Shown here piece by piece: positions 59,416 through 64,000 of a stretch of 64,000 bases of DNA. The notes under the pieces were generated by a model. The model searched no databases, had not been told where the DNA came from, and worked only from the letters and a program-made list of their open reading frames with translations. The translations under genes were made by a program, and so were the position numbers. Each line of letters opens with the position of its first letter. Position 1 is the first letter of the stretch. The stretch comes from Chrysomallon squamiferum (taxonomy: Eukaryota; Animalia; Mollusca): assembly GCA_012295275.1 (NCBI GenBank), contig CM022669.1, forward strand, positions 8,246,001 to 8,310,000, written 5' to 3'.

Positions 59416-62400
59416 CAGTTTATCGACTAGTAGAGACTTTTAAAAACTTGTCCACTTGGACTCTGCCTTAGTGCTCGTGTCTAACTGTGATATCATTGTC
59501 TCGAGAGACGTCTCTCTGGCCACATTTAAAGGCACACTCTGGGCAAACTGTCATCTTAAAGACATCACTTCTGAACAACTGTGCTGCAGAGCGAAACATG
59601 CAAAAACATAGACTGGTTTCTTTGTCCAGACGTATTCTTGCATGTTGGCAAACTGTGTTAACATTTTTACAATGAATATGACAACAAAAAAAAAAGAAAA
59701 AAAAAAGGAAAAAAAAAAGGAATGATTCTATAGCTAAAGATGATCAGATGTTATTGATAGTTTATGAAAAAAATTTTATATATATATATGTATGTATAGT
59801 ATGTATAGCAGATCTCAAATTTATTTAAATTTAAAAAAAATGAAGATGTAGTTACTAGAATGTAGAGAAATAAAAATGTGCTGATTTCTATTAACAAATA
59901 AGACTTGAAACTTGCTGGAACTGTTTAGAAAACTGTGCAACAGAAATGTGAAATCACCAGCAAAAAGAGTGTGTATATAGGAAAGAAAAAAAATGTTAAG
60001 GTGGTTGATATTATGAAAGATGGTAACATTTTCTGTTACATGAAATCATTATTTTATTGATGGATCACATTAATGTACGTTGTGCAAGAAATTAAGATGA
60101 CAGTTTTGTTAAAGAACTTTTTTCTTGTTAATTAAATACGGAACCATGATTTTGATTATGAATCATATACAAGTTGAATGCTTTGGCAGGAAGACAGTTA
60201 TATGTTGGCACCAGCATATTAACATGACCAGCATTCAGAAGTGGAATTGTTGAAACACATTCAGCTGCTAAAACACAAATAACTAGCAGAACCAGGTTTG
60301 TATGGGAAAACAGTTCAATATTCTGGAGTCACAGCAGTGATCATTTTTTTTTCTGTGGTGTTTCATGTGAAATGAACTGATCTGTAATTACAGAAAGATT
60401 CACTGATGAATAAACTGTGAACTGGGTCTAGTTGAGGAGACCAGATCTTCTGAAACCTAACAGTAAGGATGTTTAGAAAAATGAATGTTCCATGATTTAG
60501 CAGATGGGTTTTTCATAGGAAAAAAAAAAAAAAAAGGATTTTCTGAAACGTAACACTTTGGAGTTCTTTGGAACTGCAGCTTTTGGAAGAGGATATCATT
60601 AAAACAGAAGAGGGACATTTTTCAGAACTGTGTCAAGTGACATTACAAGAAGGATTTTTTTCACAGGTTGATGGTGTAGGTGATCTGAACAGTATTGAGC
60701 AACGTGTGTTCAGGATATGAACCTGATAAACAGTTCAAGTCTTACAAGGATGTAGTGGCACAGAGAACAGTTTGCTTAGCTTTAATTCTGATGATTGTTT
60801 TGAATTTGGTTCCAGTCAGAATATGAACCTGATTTTATAAAACTGAAGTGTGAATTTGAGAACTGTGAAGCCTGGCAGGCTAGATCATCATCATCATCAT
60901 CGATAATGATAGATGATATCACCATGGAGACCAGATTTAAAGGTTCCAAATCTTGTTCCTGACATAAAAATTGTGTAATCATGAAAGAATGCAAACCTTG
61001 AACTTAGTTAGCAGTCCTTAGAGTTTTCTAGTAAACCAGTCTGATCATGTGACTCAGAGGACACAATTATCAAGACTTTGTCTAATGTTTTGATTATTTT
61101 TCTTTTGTTCTTGACTTATTCATAAAAAAAAACCCCAGAAATGAACCAGTCACATTTTGTATCAAGCACAAAAACAAATAATGTTAACTGTAGTCAACAT
61201 CTCATAAAGAACTTTTAGTTTTTGGCAAACAGGGTGACTAAAATAAGATTGCCTGTAACTGTTACAAACATGGTGACTAGAAAGATGATGTATAGTTTTA
61301 TTTTTTACTGTGTACACTTATTTAATTTAGTTTTTGAAATAGTTTCAGACTAAACTTAGTGTAATTTTTTCTGAAAAGGGGCATCAACTGTTGATCCTCA
61401 AAAATCTAACATTAGAGTTGTTGCCCTTGATTCAGTTTACTAGGTTCTTGTTGCTCATTGGTTATAGCAGAGTTTTTTCGTTCTTAATAATTTAATTTAA
61501 TTTTTGTTGTTATAAATGCATAATATTTTCTAATTAACATGTTTTCACAGAATGACTGGAAAAATCAGCTGTAAAGTGTTCAGGTTTTTAAAATCATAAA
61601 TATATATTTTCCAAAAAAAAAGAGTAATATTTAGACACGTTTGATACAAATCATCTGTTCATTTAGTTTATTCACTAAATTTGTATAGCTGTAGATGTGT
61701 ATACAGTGAACCATATAGAGTATATTGATCAGATAGAGATTTTTAAAAAATTTTTACATTTTTAAAAAAAAAAAATTTTAGAATTAAAATATACATAAAA
61801 TGTTTATCATTGATGAGTGATCACAAAAAGAAAAGAATATCTTGTATGTGTGTGTTCAGTTTATATCTCTCTGTATATTATATATATACACACACACTGT
61901 AACATACTGTTCATAGCTGAATCATAGATTTGATATTTGTGTTAACTCAGTGATGTCAGTTTTAAGTGTTGTTTGACATGAATGAAATTGTGACCCTACC
62001 TGCCAAAATCAGTCATACTTTTCATACAAATCCTGAGTTCTAGATAATTTATAAATTTATTATTTTTAAAATGATATTCAAAATTGAATCTGCCTAAATG
62101 TTTTTCAGTTACTAAAAGGTCAGAATGTCTCCTTGAAGAATATTTTTTGAAGAATATCTTTTGAAGTATATCTTTTGAAGAATTGATTTTTAAAAAATAG
62201 AATTTAAACAGCTACTTCAAAACAACATGTGTAATTATTATTTTTATCTACTTATGTATTAATATTTCCCTTTTTTAAACATATAAAAAAAAAAAAAAAT
62301 CAGTGTGTGTATATGAAGGTGACTGATTCTGGAAGTTAGTGAAATGTCAGTTAAGAAATATTTTTTAAAAAGAATTTGTTGACAAATTTCACAGTTAACT

Positions 62401-62696
62401 AAACTGATACATACCTCAACTCATTTCATTATTCAAACATTCTGAAAGAGTGTATTCATTTCTTTGTACAAACTATTTAACATGCAATTTTGTATTTATA
62501 AACGTTTTCTTTTTATTTACTCTTTTCACTTTAACATTGTTTCAGATATTTGTTTTTGATGTAAAACTTTCTCGTAATTTATGTTTTGTATTACAAATGT
62601 GTAATTTATAATGTATTACTTTGTTTCTAATCAGGTAGTTAACTTAAATGTGTGTCACATTATTTAAGTAAAGGAAATGTTGTTCTTTGTTTTTTA

Positions 62697-62739
<43 letters not shown>

Positions 62740-62810
62740 TAATACATAAGTTTATTACTTTGAATGAAAATGACTTTTTATAAAATAAAATACAAACGAA
62801 TAAAATAACC
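59416..62810 (+). other. Probable long AU-rich 3' UTR of the semaphorin gene; end uncertain
   Basis: Follows the stop codon with no further recognisable exons. AATAAA candidates at 60409-60414, 62784-62789 and 62799-62804, but AATAAA is common in this AT-rich DNA. Confidence 0.35.
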
Positions 62811-64000
62811 CCGAAGTTAAATTATTTGAAATATTTATCGATGTTGAAGGAATTAAATTATTTATATAAACAAACAGTTAACATTTTCTATTTGATATTA
62901 CTAAATATTATTTTTGAAAAACATTGTTGAAAATATTTAAATTATATTTTAAAAAAATGTGTTCAGAAATGTTTGCTAAGGTTACCAAGATTTTTGTCAT
63001 GAGGAGATGAGCAATGAATATTCATAATTATTTTGCTCAGTCATTTGAAGATTCAAGCACGTTTGTAATGGCACACAAGCCAAGTAATTCAAAGTACAAA
63101 GTTCATTTTAATTAACTTGACATCAGATATGACTGTTAAGTTTATTTTTGACTACTAATATAAATATTTCTTGTATCAAAAATAAATATCTTTAATCAAA
63201 AAAAAAAAAAAAAAAATTATTATTATTATTATCATTATTATTTATTTATTTATTTATTTTTTTTATTTTATTTTATTATTTATTAATTTATCTTTGTAAA
63301 TTTAAAAAAATTCAGTATTTGCAGTTATATGTATTTTTTAAATTCAAATCTTGCCATAAATATGAAAATTAAATATATGGCAAAACAGAATTTCTGTAAA
63401 TATCTGTATATTTTGATAAAATCATTTAGATATTCAATGTTATCTAGAAGAAAAGAATTGTTAAACTGTTTAATATAGAAAACAATAATTGTTGGTTTTG
63501 TTTGTAACTCTGCATTCTACTACTGATACTTTAAAATGGATTGAATAAATAAAACAGTGAAGATAAATGGCTAACAAAATCCAGATACATATTTCCATAT
63601 TTTAAACAAACTTGATTTAATTCATGTCATTTGTTTTTCAAGTGGTAGCAACTGTTCTTGTGTAAAAAAAAAAAAAAGAAAAAATAAATTTTTTAATGAA
63701 CCAGTCATTAGGGCAGCTGCTGGAACAGGAAAAAAAACCTCAAAAGCGCAGTGGAGAATGTTGTTCAGAGTAAGTGAACAAGGAAAGAGTTATGGCAATT
63801 CTTGGTTGAAATGATCGAAAAATAACGTAACTAAGAAAAACGAGTATTTTACATCTTGCTTAAAAACGAGGTAAAATGAGTTTCGTGTCAAAAAAATCTT
63901 CACAGCATGGGAAACACTTTGATTTACGACATCCAGTTTTGTTTAGAAACAATAGCAGATACTTTATGCTTGTCACGTTCAATAGTAATTTCCATTAAAA

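Noticed and set aside
62132-62183. Four 14-bp repeats (ttgaagaatat.tt) in the putative 3' UTR
   Set aside because: Short AT-rich minisatellite with no evidence of function.

Overview
AT-rich, CpG-poor, microsatellite-rich animal genomic DNA, not prokaryotic. A mollusc (probably gastropod) is suggested by degraded SINE copies; this is inference from recalled consensus. One gene is recognisable: a + strand secreted class-2 (Sema-2a-like) semaphorin with Sema, PSI, Ig and C-terminal helical tail. I assembled it by hand from 16 GT-AG exons (28770-59415, 1982 nt, about 660 aa) whose phases all join in frame. The start/signal-peptide exon was not found, and the first intron between the located exons is 22.7 kb. 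Most listed ORFs are microsatellite or low-complexity artefacts. The notable observations are: (1) a 13-copy, 32-bp tandem array built from the end of the Ig exon plus its splice donor, where most units also look like in-frame micro-exons; (2) paired loss of canonical cysteines in the Ig and PSI domains; (3) four RFX X-box-like palindromes at roughly 100-bp spacing; (4) several candidate intronic enhancers and RNA-structure elements. No CRISPR array, rRNA, intact tRNA or intact transposon ORF is supported.
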